From positions 12,288,894-12,352,893 of the forward strand of contig CM082589.2 in NCBI GenBank assembly GCA_040954595.2: 64,000 nt of DNA, read 5' to 3'. The first letter of the stretch is position 1, and the number at the start of each line of letters is the position of its first letter. Source of the DNA: Balanoglossus misakiensis. Lineage: Eukaryota > Animalia > Hemichordata. Under the pieces are notes generated by a model. It saw nothing but the letters and a program-made list of their open reading frames with translations. It had not been told where the DNA came from and ran no database searches. Shown here one piece after another: positions 52,050-64,000 of this stretch. Both the position numbers and the translations under genes were made by a program.

Positions 52050-53905
52050 ACAGGTATGACACCTAGTAGCATTAGGGTTAAAATATAGCTGCAAGCCAAA
52101 ATGGTCATCTGAGGTCACCCGAAATTTGGGCAAACTTTTTTGACCCCATACTGGTCCAGGTCCATCAGAAACCAAACCTTCAGCCCTATTGGTTCGCCTG
52201 GAATTAGGTATGCACATAATTAATGAGTTAAGCAGTTGTACAGGTGACCTCAAAATTCGGCTTTTCATTTTAGTCCCATCCCTCGAAATGCTAAGGCTGT
52301 ACCTGCTCTGGAGGCCGAGATATGAGAAAGTAGATCACCTGAGGTCACCCAAAATATTATGGAAAAAATTGGACCCCACACTTGTCCATGTCCAACAGAA
52401 ACAAAACCTCTAGCCCTATTGGTAAGCCTAGAATTAGGTATGCACATAATTAATTAGGTCAAAGGTCAAGGAGTAACAAGTACATGTGTATGCTTCATCC
52501 CACCAAATATGAAGTCTGTCGGTCTAATAGTTACGTACTTATGAGCATTTATGTTATATATAGTTCAAAGGTCACCGAGGTCACGTGACATTGCGGCGAA
52601 ATGATTTGGTCCAATAGTTGTACCTGTCCACCAAAAATCAGCTCCCTAGGTGTATTAGTTAGCGTAGAAGTAGATATGTGTTTTTCAAGGTGGGTCAAAG
52701 GTCAAGGGGTCACCCGAAATTTGGCTTCTCATTTCGGCCCCTTGGTCAGTCCCTGTTCACTCCATAAATGGAGACGTGTTCTGCGCAACCGCAGTACGTG
52801 TAACCTCGTGAACTCAGATGTGCACATGCGTACAGCAGTCCCTGTTCACACCATAAATGGAGACGTGTTCTGCGCAACCACAGCTGGACCTGTGAAAGAT
52901 TAAATCCGATCGACATATTTAGTTTCCGTATATTATATTGACCAATGCAGACTAAGTCTAATAGAATTACTACATGTAGTATATCGTGTATAATACACAC
53001 GTTTGGCAATATTGCACTTTGAGTGTTAGATGCAGACGTGTATACCCGATCTAAATTTCCGACCTACACATGTACATGTATCACTGTTCACATGTACATA
53101 CACCGTAACTGCGTTCTGAAAATAACATGGTATTTTCAAAATGTTACCCCAGATTACCCCATCATGTGAGAGCCATGAAACTCACACCCATTGTCCAGCA
53201 GTAGTTAGTTGACTATCCTATTCACTCAAAACAAAAAGAACGGGTGTGAAAAAGTCACTAAAACAGCATTGATACAGAGGTGTATAACACTGTCCATGAT
53301 TTCAAGAGAAAAACATGAACACAGCCCAGTCACTGTATGTGGCGATATCTTTCTAAGTATTTCACTCAACTTGTACAGACGATGCCATGCTGTCTTCTGG
53401 AATGTGCTGGTAACGTCACACATCAAAACATATTGATGATGCCCTTCCCTGCGGCTCGGGCATCATCAATATTATTAAGGTCAAAGATCACCATCCCTTG
53501 TGCAGGCAAAAGATCATGATATAGCCCTCGCTAACATGTGTTATTATTTAAATACGATGTTGTCATAGCTTTACTATGCGGGTATAGTAAAGCCTATGCC
53601 TTGGTCCAGACCCCCCATGGTCAATGAAAAAATATGAAATATAATGATCAAAAATCTTCTTCTCAAAATCGGCATACCCTAATTTGAAAATTTCGCCCTT
53701 ATATGGTCATCAGGTCACTTGACTAATTTAACATTCACGGACGTACTGCACCAGATCTCATTGGCCTGCATCAGTGTGCCATATTTGAGAATTGTAGGTT
53801 TAGCCGTTTTCAAGATCCTAGTGGCCGATGAAAGTGCCAAAGAAGAAGAAAAATGCCAGCAATACCAATAGGGGCCCCGCCCATAGGGGCTTGGGCCCCT
53901 AATAA
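52050..53905. mobile_element. Helitron/Helentron-like non-autonomous repeat region with internal direct repeats
   Basis: Repeats with a ~230-bp period (52108-52225 and 52338-52455) and a ~44-bp direct repeat (52747 and 52836). It ends gaagaagaa...caataggggccc...gggcccctaa (hairpin). Boundaries are approximate and it may be composite. Confidence 0.45.
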
Positions 53906-54387
53906 GTTAGTTGTAAAGTTATTACTGAGCTTGAATTTCACTAGCGACTAAAAGTAAACAAAAACTGATGGTCAAAGTATCACAAGCTTTATTTTGGTTT
54001 GATGTAGGATGTAATATGCTTATAGCACACTGCCAAATTAATGCCAACCAATAAGACCGGTAGGATATGATCGAAAACCACATGTATTAATGTGTAAAAG
54101 GCCGAACTTCCCAATAAATTTGGGTAGCCGACTACAGACAGAGTCGAACCGATGCATGATCTGAAGTATCAAGACACATGGACTATTATTTATTGTTTCA
54201 ACAATTTGACTAAAGTTTATAATTTCCTATGGCAGTTTTTGCCGACAAGAACCAATGCCCGACGAAACAAAATGGACATTTTCACATGATCTTTACTGAG
54301 GTCACAAGTTAGCCAAGCCCTCATACACGCGCTATTCGGACGTATCGGTGATCTGTTTATGTGTTTAGCTAAGGTGGTAAATTGTTC

Positions 54388-55247
54388 ATCAATCAATCAA
54401 TCAATCAAAAGGACTTATAGAGCACCAAACTCCACTGCAATAGTGTTCAATAGCGCTTTACAATGTAAAGTTACTGTAAATAGGCTCTGTTAAACAGATA
54501 AGTCTTGATGTGTTTCTTGAAACTGTCAAGGCTAGGTGACTAGCATACTTCTATTGGGACACTGTTCCAAATGAGTGGGACGATATACGAAAAAGCATGA
54601 TCGCCGTACGTTTTCTTCTTACTCCATGGTACATGAAGTAGAAATTTGTCATTTGAACGAAGAAGTCTTGTTGAAGTTTTCAGATGGATTAAGTCAGAGA
54701 TGTAAGCTGGTGCTGTGTTGTTTAATGCCTTATATGTCATAAGCAAGATCTTGTATTGGATTCTATAGTGTACAGGCAACCAATGTAAATCCATGAGAAC
54801 AGGAGTAATATGATCCGTTTTACGGGTACGAGAAACGATCCTGGCTGCAGAATTCAGGGCATGCTGTAGCATGCATGATGATGGTAAACCACAGAGTAGT
54901 GCATTACAGTAGTTCAGTTTTGATGTGATTAGAGCATGAACCAGCATCTGGCAAACTTCCTTAGTGAGGTAACGGCGAATGTGGCTGATTTGACGCAGAT
55001 GGAAGAAAATTGACTTGCAAATTGCATTAATGTGCTTATTGAAAGTGTAATTGTCGTCGAATGTCACACCTATATTCCGTGCAGAATTCACAATTTGAAC
55101 ACAACATGATCCAATGCTCATGTGGTTTATGGGACGAGGCGAGCGGTTGAACTGAGACCTTATCAGGAGTACCTCGGTTTTGCCACCATTGAGTTGAAGT
55201 TTATTATGTGTCATCCAGGTTTTTATTTCGTGAACTGCACTTTCCAG
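54388..55247 (-). mobile_element. 5'-truncated L2-clade LINE (second family)
   Basis: ORF 54540-55214: LQLNGGKTEVL, ARNIGVTFD, LVHALITSKLNYCNALLCGL, DHITPVLMDLHWLPV. (TTGA)n tail at 54388-54408. Confidence 0.92.
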
Positions 55248-55530
55248 TTAAATATCGCAACTAGCCATAATGTTTGACTGGGGGGAGCACCTATACTAAT
55301 GCGAGAACCAGGGATTGAAAGTTGCACCTGTGTTTTGATCCCTTAGTTACCCTTATAAGTACATTTGTAGTTTAATAACCATAGTTCTATTGCAAACCAT
55401 TCTTTCCGTAGTTTCTTGTTTCAAATATTGTAATCTGAATTTATTTTGGTGTTTAACAGGTGTGATTATCTGTATTGGCGGCCATTTTGAAAAAAAATGG
55501 TTGACATGGAAACTCTTCAACAGATATTTA

Positions 55531-55957
55531 TAGTCTCGGTTACCCAGAGCCCTCTGCTTCTTCCGTTAGGCACTCCAGAAAGAGGGTCTGGGGAAACCCG
55601 GTAGACAAATCGCCGGGCGGAATCGGGACAGCTGCGATGCATGACGGGAGCTTAATATTCCAAAATGGCGACGTCCTGCGCGCGAACCTCACGGCCGACA
55701 TGTATGTCTTACGATAAAGAAAACATGCTGAGTAGTGCTAGACCTGCTAAAACTGTCTACAAATTGAAAAGAGAGAGAGAAGTTTGGTTAATAGTTTTCT
55801 AATATCGTCATATCATAATATCGTACCGAATATTAAGCTCCCGTCATGCATCGCAGCTGTCCCGATTCCGCCCGGCGATTTGTCTACCGGGTTTCCCCAG
55901 ACCCTCTTTCTGGAGTGCCTAACGGAAGAAGCAGAGGGCTCTGGGTAACCGAGACTA
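55531..55957. mobile_element. 427-bp MITE with perfect 130-bp TIRs and 10-bp TSD (AcademH-like)
   Basis: TIRs 55531-55660 and 55828-55957 match 130/130. Termini are TAG...CTA. The TSD cagatattta lies at 55521-55530 and 55958-55967. Confidence 0.92.
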
Positions 55958-56100
55958 CAGATATTTAGTGACTCGCTATCTGAATTCGTTCAGTACACAT
56001 TAACACACATCTGAGCCAAGTTTGGTGCTTTTATCACAAAATACACAATCGATATGAAAATTTGGGTTTTGGTGCTCCACTACATATTAAGTAACATTAA

Positions 56101-56513
56101 GGATGTACGTTCAGTAAAATTGAAAGTATTGTCATTTTTTTTAATTGTGGATTTTTTTATTCTCCTTTGTATGTATAATGAAAATCCGTAATAAAATATA
56201 GGGGTCACCGGGCTTGTTTTTGAAATACAGAGCCATGAATTTGGTCGATAATAGAAGAAATCTGCTGACTCAGCATTTTTCACCAATGGTTTGTCTATGG
56301 GCAAAATTCTTAACGCAATTTATCTCAAAAAAGAGCGCGGTGACCCCTATATTTTATTTGACCAATGAATTTATATTTGCTGGACTGAGCTATGTGTAAA
56401 ATTTCGTGAAAATGACAATAGTAGAAGTTTGCTTTCTGGCGATTATCAATGTAATCCTATGGGAAAAAGACCGGGCGCGCAGTGTTTCCAGTTTATGTTC
56501 TGCGCGTACATCC
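56101..56513. mobile_element. Kolobok-like MITE
   Basis: TIR ggatgtacg(tt/cg)cag flanked by TTAA and TTGA, with an internal inverted repeat aaaatataggggtcaccg / cggtgacccctatatttt. Confidence 0.7.
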
Positions 56514-56579
56514 TTGATGAAGTTTGCTGGCTAAAGGGCTCTTAAACCTCCCTAATATTTGACGTCTTTACTCCTACAG

Positions 56580-56812
56580 GACTGCGCAGTTGGAAGTTAC
56601 CGTTCAGCATGTTCTGAAGCATGCACGCTGTGTCCAAGGGTTTCATGTGTGGAACAGCCAGCCTCTCATCACCAACACAATGCGGACAGGGATATTTTGC
56701 CAACAATGGAAGTATAGACTGTACGCCTTGTCCTGCCCTGGGTATAAGTGCCAATATGATGGTATGTCGGAGCCAGAGGTGTGTGAAGATGGATACTACA
56801 CTAATATAAATG
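56580..56812 (+). pseudogene. Cys-rich exon X0 (unique in window, frameshifted)
   Basis: cctacag|...|gtgagt; DCAVGSYRSACSEACTLCP / GFMCGTASLSSPTQCGQGYFANNGSIDCTPCPA / GYKCQYDGMSEPEVCEDGYYTNIN. Confidence 0.8.
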
Positions 56813-57796
56813 GTGAGTCCGCACTTAAAGTTTGGGCATTACTGTGTAATCTTCCACTTAGGCGGACGATCATCTTATGTGCATGTGCCTAATTCTGTGC
56901 GTACAAACATTATGTCCAGTCCAAATATTCTGCCAATTTTACATCCAATGCATTCAAATAGTGGACTGCTTCGCTTTCATCCAGTTTTCATGTGCATCGT
57001 ATAAGTAGACTTTTGTTTTGTCCCGTCTTTTCACTGAATTTGCTTTTTTCCAAATCTCCGACACAGACTATGATCGTCACATTCTTGTCTGTTGTTAGAA
57101 CAGCACACTGCCATATGGCATTGACTGTATACAGTTTCTGTTACGAATATCTCTGGTTTGGCATTTTCCTGTCCTCAATCTTTTGCCAGGGATTTATGTC
57201 TCCCCAACCCGCGTGAGAATCCCACGTCTTTGAAGGTATGACTGTGACTATAAGATTCTATAAATCTCTGTTTATTTTCAGCACAAACATCATGTGCTGA
57301 TTGCCCAGCTGGTAACCATTGTCCAAATGGTAACACTGTGATTTTATGCTCGGCTGGTTATTACAGTTCGGCCTTGGACAAAGGATGTCTCGCTGTACCT
57401 CTTGCATAACAGGTAAACTTCTACCCACCCACCTTTATTTCCAACATCAAATTTGAATAGACCTCTATTTATGAAAATAATTAAAATTTGCGCCAATTTT
57501 TTACAGTGGTATTCAAAGGTTAACTTGGTGTGTAAATTCTTTGTTTGATTTACAGATCAGCCGGTGCTGAACAGTGTACTATTTGTGAGCAAGGGTACGC
57601 CTGCACAGATCCCAGTGCATCGCAATTCAAGTGTACTAAGGGTTACGTGTCATTGGCTGGTGCAACAAACTGTACCAGATGTACAAATGGTAAGATTGTG
57701 GTACTTGTTCAGTTTGCTGTGTGATGAAACTGAGGGGTATGTGTGTATGCATGTATGTGTTTACAACAGATTTTCAAGTCAGTGCGACTGGGGTTA

Positions 57797-57828
<32 letters not shown>

Positions 57829-60800
57829 TACAACAGATTATCAACTCAGTGCGAGATCTTGCGAGACCCGGTTAGCCATGTGAGATCTCGCAGAGTCTTA
57901 TGATATTCAGAAAATGGTTGATTAGAAATGACGTTTAATGTCCTCCAAAGAATTTTCTACATGCCTGTATACTTGTCTCAGAATTATGAAGTGAATCATC
58001 TCAAGTAATTTGTTATTTTAAATGACACTGTATCACAAATACTTCACTAAAAACCTCATTTTCTTTAATCAGATGAAATAAGTGAGGAGCCTGCACGCAC
58101 ATCCCGTCTTCTGTACCCTGCTGGACAATCGAGTTCAGATTCAATGTAAGATCCGCTTGACTGTGGCAATGGTGAATATGCTATGGAAGGCGACGGCACA
58201 TGCACGCCTTGTCCAGCAGGATCCAAGTGTCCAACCATGTCACCCGTAGTTGATTGTTCAACAGTTACTGGTAAGTTGGGCTGCAAATCACTCTTGTGAC
58301 TTCCCTGTGTTATAGCATGACATACACAGAAAATTAAACTGTTATGCTCATTGGAGTTGATATTGTGATGCACTTTGAAAAACACAATGATTCCACTGAA
58401 GAGGTATAGTACAGTAACACCTGTGATTACGGACATCTCTCTAATAAGGGATCGTTGGACCAAACCAATCGTTCTTTGAATTTTTTCTGTGATAGGTTCA
58501 TACTCGCTAGGTTCGGCCACGTCCTTCTGGTTATGAATGCACAACTACAAGTGTCACACAGTGCGCTACAGGGCAGTAAAGTGTTGAAGGAGGTAAGTCT
58601 TGAAATCTCTTTTCTTCTGGTCTCGATTTGAATATGGTTCCACAAGTTGTTTACATCACTTGTAGTTTTACATATTTTTTGAGTTCAACAGCTATGCTAT
58701 ACATGGTGTCCTGAGAAGTCGACCAGTATGAGAAGTCGGTATCGGCCAGTACGAGAAGTCGGCCTGTGGGAGAGAACCCTGGTACTTTGTGTTATATATA
58801 ACTGTTTCACTACGAAATGTTTCCTTGATGTACAGGAGCTGAGATATTTGTACAAATAGCCGATGAATTTTAAAATTGTCTGTTCACTTTGCATGTACGT
58901 CACCGGGGTACGTCAACATCAGTCACCTGCACTTCTTGCGCTGCGCCAGTAGTCTGTTCCTCGTCACGTTTGTTTGTTTGGTTTTGTCTCAAAGTATGAA
59001 TATACACATACACCTTCTATGTATTTTAGTAGGCTTTGAAACAACTCCCTTTAATCAGAAATGTCACAGGAATTTGGCAAACAACCTAAGCTCCTTACGC
59101 GGATACGGGGCTGGCGAACCGGTACGGATGCCAGACGCCATTATTTGAAATGACGCCATTGTGTTGTCAAGAATTTGGGAAATCCGTCCAAATGAAAATA
59201 TTTAGTGCAATTATATTTTATTAAGTGTTGTTATATGTAATCTGGGTCATCACTGCACTATTCGGGTACAAGTTCAACAACTGGCCGACTTCTCGTACTG
59301 GCCGACTTCTCATACGCGCGTACTGGCCGACTTCTAATCTGGCCGACTTCTCAAGTATTCCTATACATTAGTGAAAATTGGGGAAACTGGTGTTTTCAGA
59401 CAACTTATGAAGTCCCTTTCGCAATATTAACTCTAAAACAGCGGGTGATTTCCTTTTAAAATTTAACCAAATAAGCATACTTGGGGTCAACCATCTAGAG
59501 TTTTGAAAAAGTGCCCTTTATCTAGCACCTCTGTCAGATTTTGCCAGGCTCGTAGATTTTTGTAAAATGGCCTCAAAAATAAGAATTTTGGGAGGTTTGT
59601 CATATTTTTTCACCATTGTAGAATCTAAATGTTCTGAATTATTTTATTTTTAGCAATTTTGAGATTGATTCATGTTCAGTATGATAATCGCATGTCAATA
59701 CAACTGTTACATTAAAGGAAAAGTTCAAATCCGCCTAAAACCACATTGCATTGGTACCTAGTTAAGTTGTCCTCACTTTTGACGCAAAATTTTGATGTGC
59801 AATGCACGTGTCTGTGAAATTGACGAATAAAAAAATTGTATACCAGTGCAAAATTAAAAACTCCCTGTGCAGCCTTCTTGGCAACTGCATGCTGGGAAAA
59901 GTACTCGGATGATGACAAAAAAGTTTCGGGGTTCCGTGTAGTGCTACCCCGGAATACAATGTTGGGTGCAGACTACAACTTTGGAAAAGAGATGCAGAAT
60001 GTCATGTGATATAGTAGTGAAAACAAATACACGTTGGTTCACGTATTTCAGCTCTCAGCAATCAGGGTGCATTGAAAAGCCTTGATTGGTGTGATATTCA
60101 CAATTGATGATTATAAATACTTACAGTTGTATACTGTTTTATTTTGTAAATATTGTGTACATTTGCAGCAATGAATCCGTGCGAACACAAACCTTAACCC
60201 ATGCCGGAATGCTGGTACTTGCCAAGCAATCCAGGGATCTTGGACAGGCGTCACATGTCAATGTGCTGGCTGCTACCTGGGCTTCACATGTGAAACACGT
60301 GAGTACAGTACTTTGTCATTTATTAAAAAATCTAAGTGCTGAGGTACATTGTAGTAATAATAGCAGGTGTAGTCATTATCATCATCATCATCATCATCAT
60401 CTTTAAGTCAGTCAGTATGATCGGTAATAAAAACAGTAAAATCACCAGTATAAAAACATAACAGAGAAATAATGAACGTGTACTGGTGTTACCATAGGTA
60501 AGTGTTGTATAAAATTTTGAATTCCTGTCTTCCAGTTCCTAATCCATGCTTCACTAGTCCTTGTCTCAATGGAGGTACCTGCCAACAACAGGCAAATTCT
60601 TGTACAGCCACCATTGGCATGTGCACAGAGTGTTACTAGGGAACCAGGTGTGAGACAAGTAAGTTTGAATCTATAGCAGTTAATAATGATAATTATCATT
60701 TTTATTATGATTTAAACTTCACTGATGTTGTACAAACACAAAAATAGAAATAATAATAATAATAATAATTTATTTGTATAGCGTCAGTATCCACAAAAAA

Positions 60801-62227
60801 TGTGATCAATGACGCTTAAAGCAAAAGTACAATACAACAAATGGCTAAAAAAACAGATTTAAAAAGTAAAGTTTTAACATTTGATTTAAAAACAGATAAG
60901 TCTGGTGCCTGGCGAATGGTGAGTGGAAGATTATTCCAAAGAATTGGAGCAGCAACAGTAAAAGCACGATCACCATAACTCTTGGTGCGTGATCGAACAG
61001 GGCAGAGTTTGTACTGATCAGCTGACCTTAAATTGCGACACGGAACATATAGATTAGTCATGCTAGAAAGATAGATTGGACCAAGTTTATGAATGGATTT
61101 AAAAATGAGAACTAACATCTTAAAAACAATACGCTCTGTAACAGGTAGCCAGTGCAACTGATACAAAATTGGAGTGATGTGACAGGTGATTGAACGAGTA
61201 ACAATTAGAAAGGGACAGCAGCTTAGCTCTATTCCGTTTCCAAAGTGTTTGTTCTTTTAAACTACCTGTGCATTTTTTTTATTTATTCTGATTATGCTAA
61301 TATGCTAATTTGTTGGTTTGTCACATCACAATTTTTGTAGGAAACTCACCCCTGGGAATTTTTTTCAGCCACTTACATACATTCATAATCACATGACATT
61401 GATGATCATGGAAAATTTGACCCTTTTCCTTGTAGGACTCAACCAGTGTCCACCAAATCCGTGCCAGAATGGTGGCTTCTGTCAACCGGCTCGAAATTCC
61501 TGCTTTGATCTCACCTGCATATGTACTGGTTGCTACAAAGGTGATAGGTGTGAGATATGTAAGTATACAGCGCAGTCTCTTTTACCTTTTGTCTCTGATG
61601 CATTCAAATACTGCATGTTTCCTGAACATAGGTGTAGCCATCACCACAGCAGAGCTTGGAGCGTTCTTGACATCGAATGCAAGATTACACTCTTCCCAAT
61701 CAAAATCACTTTCGTAGCGCATAATGTCTTGATTGTCTTAGTTCAAGAAACATTATGCGCGACTGGCCAATTTTACTGCCTTTTGTCAACACACATCCAC
61801 TATGGAAATTCTCACTCCAGGCCAGATAGTGTAAATTTGCATATGAGTCTACAGGTATGCCTGAAGTCAAGTCAAGCATTTGCAAGGAACCCTCCTCCAG
61901 TACACAGGTCTTTGATTTCATGAAGGGAAGCCCTTGCCTTACAGTCACTGCCACATGATCTATGGAGGTGTGAACAACTTGATACCAGCCTAATATAAGT
62001 TGTAGGCACAATCACTCCACACACCCTTGCCATAATTCTGCAAGGTTTTTGCCATATCTGTACTGTAGAATGAGTAGCATAGAATAAAATGGCGTCCTTT
62101 CTTAATTTCCAGTGCAAAACCCCTGTGATCCCAACCCATGTATGAATGGTGGATTTTGCCAGCAAACATCATGCAATTTCTATTCATGCCAGTGTGTGAA
62201 CTCTTACACAGGTGACATCTGTCAAAC

Positions 62228-62756
62228 CATAGACCCTAGAGAAAGAAGGACGAGCAACTGCGGCAAAGATCAAAGGGTTTGGGGATTATCTGTATGATGA
62301 TGTTCTTTTGCATATAATTAACACCCAGGACAGTTGGACAATGACTTCCTTACTTCGGCACATGTCGACCCCACCAGTGATGTGAAAACTTGCCACCAAA
62401 CTGGCACTCCTGCATTTCAGCAGCCACTGCGTTTTTTTCTAAAATTCTAAAAGTATTACGATGTCTGTGCTAATTATTATGGTTTGGTGTTCGTCTGTCG
62501 GTTGAACGGTCATTTCTAGTGCCACAAGCTTCATTTAAAAATTGTAAACAAATCATCCATGTTTTTTGCATGTCCGACTGGGCACTCATATTTCTTGGTA
62601 ACGCTGACACTTTTCGTAATAATTTTATGTTTGCGTGAAGCATTGAAACAAAAATTGTGGTTTAGGGGCATTTTATTTCGCAGTGCGTTAACAATAAAAC
62701 AGATTTCACGAAAACAATTTGTAAACAAACTGGCTGGATTTTCATGTGTGCGCTAT
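62228..62756. mobile_element. Left part of the P-like element; right end deleted
   Basis: The left TIR and TSD are present. The sequence then jumps at gtgtgcgctat|gcaaatacc. Confidence 0.8.
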
Positions 62757-63042
62757 GCAAATACCCACATGGTAAATTAAAACTGTTACAGGTGTATTTG
62801 ATTTCCACATATGGATTACATGTGTGATAATATTGGGTGCTGGCAGTTTCAGTAAATGAACTGCTCTTAAAAGTTGGGCGTCAGGGCACCCTTGACTTTG
62901 CCTGTTCCAAGCTAGAATGGTCTGTCCATATGAATATTTCTTCAGCAAGTTACAAGCAATCTTTTTAGTTTTGAATTAAAAAATAGTGAAATGACTTGTG
63001 ATGTTAATATGCAATTGTTGGTTGATTTACATGCATCTCCAG

Positions 63043-63165
63043 GACTCGGTCAATGTTCTCCCAATCTGTGCATGAACAACGGTATCTGTGAGCCAATCAG
63101 TAGATCGTGCAGTGCGTTTACCTGTCGCTGTCAAGGCTGTTTCATTGGAATCACCTGTGACCAAG
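63043..63165 (+). pseudogene. EGF-like exon E14 (123 bp, open, 8 Cys; absent from the array units)
   Basis: tctccag|...|gtaaat; LGQCSPNLCMNNGICEPISRSCSAFTCRCQGCFIGITCDQ. Confidence 0.88.
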
Positions 63166-64000
63166 GTAAATTTATGAGACGAGGATCTGTTTATCCCCCA
63201 TCATACCGGTATATTTGTCATAGCTGGCAGCTATGAAATTACCTGTATATTTAGGATGTGACAAACCAAATAGGCACTTTCAGGAATTGAGTCTTTTTTC
63301 AATTACCAAAGTCCTAAACTCCCAAAAGTATAATAAGTAATTCTTATTGTTCAGTTATACATTTAGGAGGCTCAGTTATAGGAGAACCCGATAGAACCAC
63401 CGCTGTAGGAATTAGGGAAATGGTCATACCCTAAAAACTTATGTCACTACTATTTTTTTTTAATGCCATTGAAACAGAACAAACTCCATGTAGGCCAAGT
63501 CCATGCCTGAACAATGGGCGGTGTACTCAGCTGTCGTGTACAACTTATGAGTGTACTTGTCCAGGATGTTTCATCGGCACACACTGCAGCCAGTGTAAAA
63601 CTCATTAAAACAAACATTTGTCATGCAGGAACTAACATTTACAATCATGTCTCAATCCATTGTCTGTTGGTCATACTTTATATTTTCATCTTTAGCATCA
63701 CACCTTGGGCCTTGGGAATCGGTCACCTCAAAAATGATGTACAGCTGAAAGAAAACATGTTTATTTGAAGAAAAAAATGTTGATCGTTAATGAAAATTTT
63801 CCCTACACAAGATACATATACAGAGATTTTCATAGCCCCACAAGTGCGTCCCAGAATGCGCAAGTTGTTTTTGGAAGTGAAGTTCCGTTCAGTATTTACA
63901 GTAATGGTAATGATGATGTTTTTATCAAACAGATTTTGAAAGTAAATATTGCTGAGATAACATTAGGTTGCACTTTTTATTGCAGTCCAAGATCCATGCC

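Larger units (their letters stand above)
56580..64000 (+). pseudogene. Diverged pseudogene copy (adds exons X0 and E14, lacks X5), running off the window
   Basis: Colinear exon set. It shares the X3 TAA, the E11 TAG, the E10 frameshift and the E13 transposon insertion with the array. Confidence 0.8.
56902..64000. repeat. Older, more diverged copy of the unit (equivalent to 8294-14905 plus 1-1665)
   Basis: Colinear from tacaaacatt (8294 = 56902) to the window end. It has more substitutions, private deletions near 57450, 59483 and 62756, and one extra exon. Confidence 0.95.

Noticed and set aside
55284-56078. Outer TIR element bounded by ggagcacc/ggtgctcc hosting the MITE
   Set aside because: Only an 8-bp inverted match and no TSD, too weak to list as a feature.

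Overview
Eukaryotic, AT-rich, intron-containing DNA, probably from a marine invertebrate (the repeat types suggest a hemichordate or echinoderm; this is inference). About 50 kb is a head-to-tail array of near-identical ~14.9-kb units (periods 14,905, 14,761 and 14,892 bp, plus a partial fourth unit ending at 50276). A ~6.6-kb unique spacer (50277-56901) follows, then an older, more diverged copy (56902-64000). Each unit carries + strand exons of a decayed Cys-rich extracellular protein gene. Five GCC2/GCC3 (ephrin-receptor-like) type exons come first (a sixth occurs only before the older copy). They are followed by single-domain phase-1/phase-1 EGF-like exons, 14 distinct ones in total, whose consensus has an unusual 8-Cys pattern. 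Many exons carry stops, frameshifts or broken splice sites, and several lesions are shared by old and young copies, so a dead gene appears to have been amplified. Comparing copies exposes the transposon history: a P-superfamily-like element with a 7-bp TSD splitting an exon, a TSD-less double-hairpin element present in 3 of 5 copies, a Gypsy element split between two junctions, L2-type and L1/Tx1-type LINE fragments, and an AcademH-like MITE with perfect 130-bp TIRs. I found no intact gene, RNA gene or CRISPR array. Most ORF-track entries are spurious. All coordinates and alignments were read by eye.
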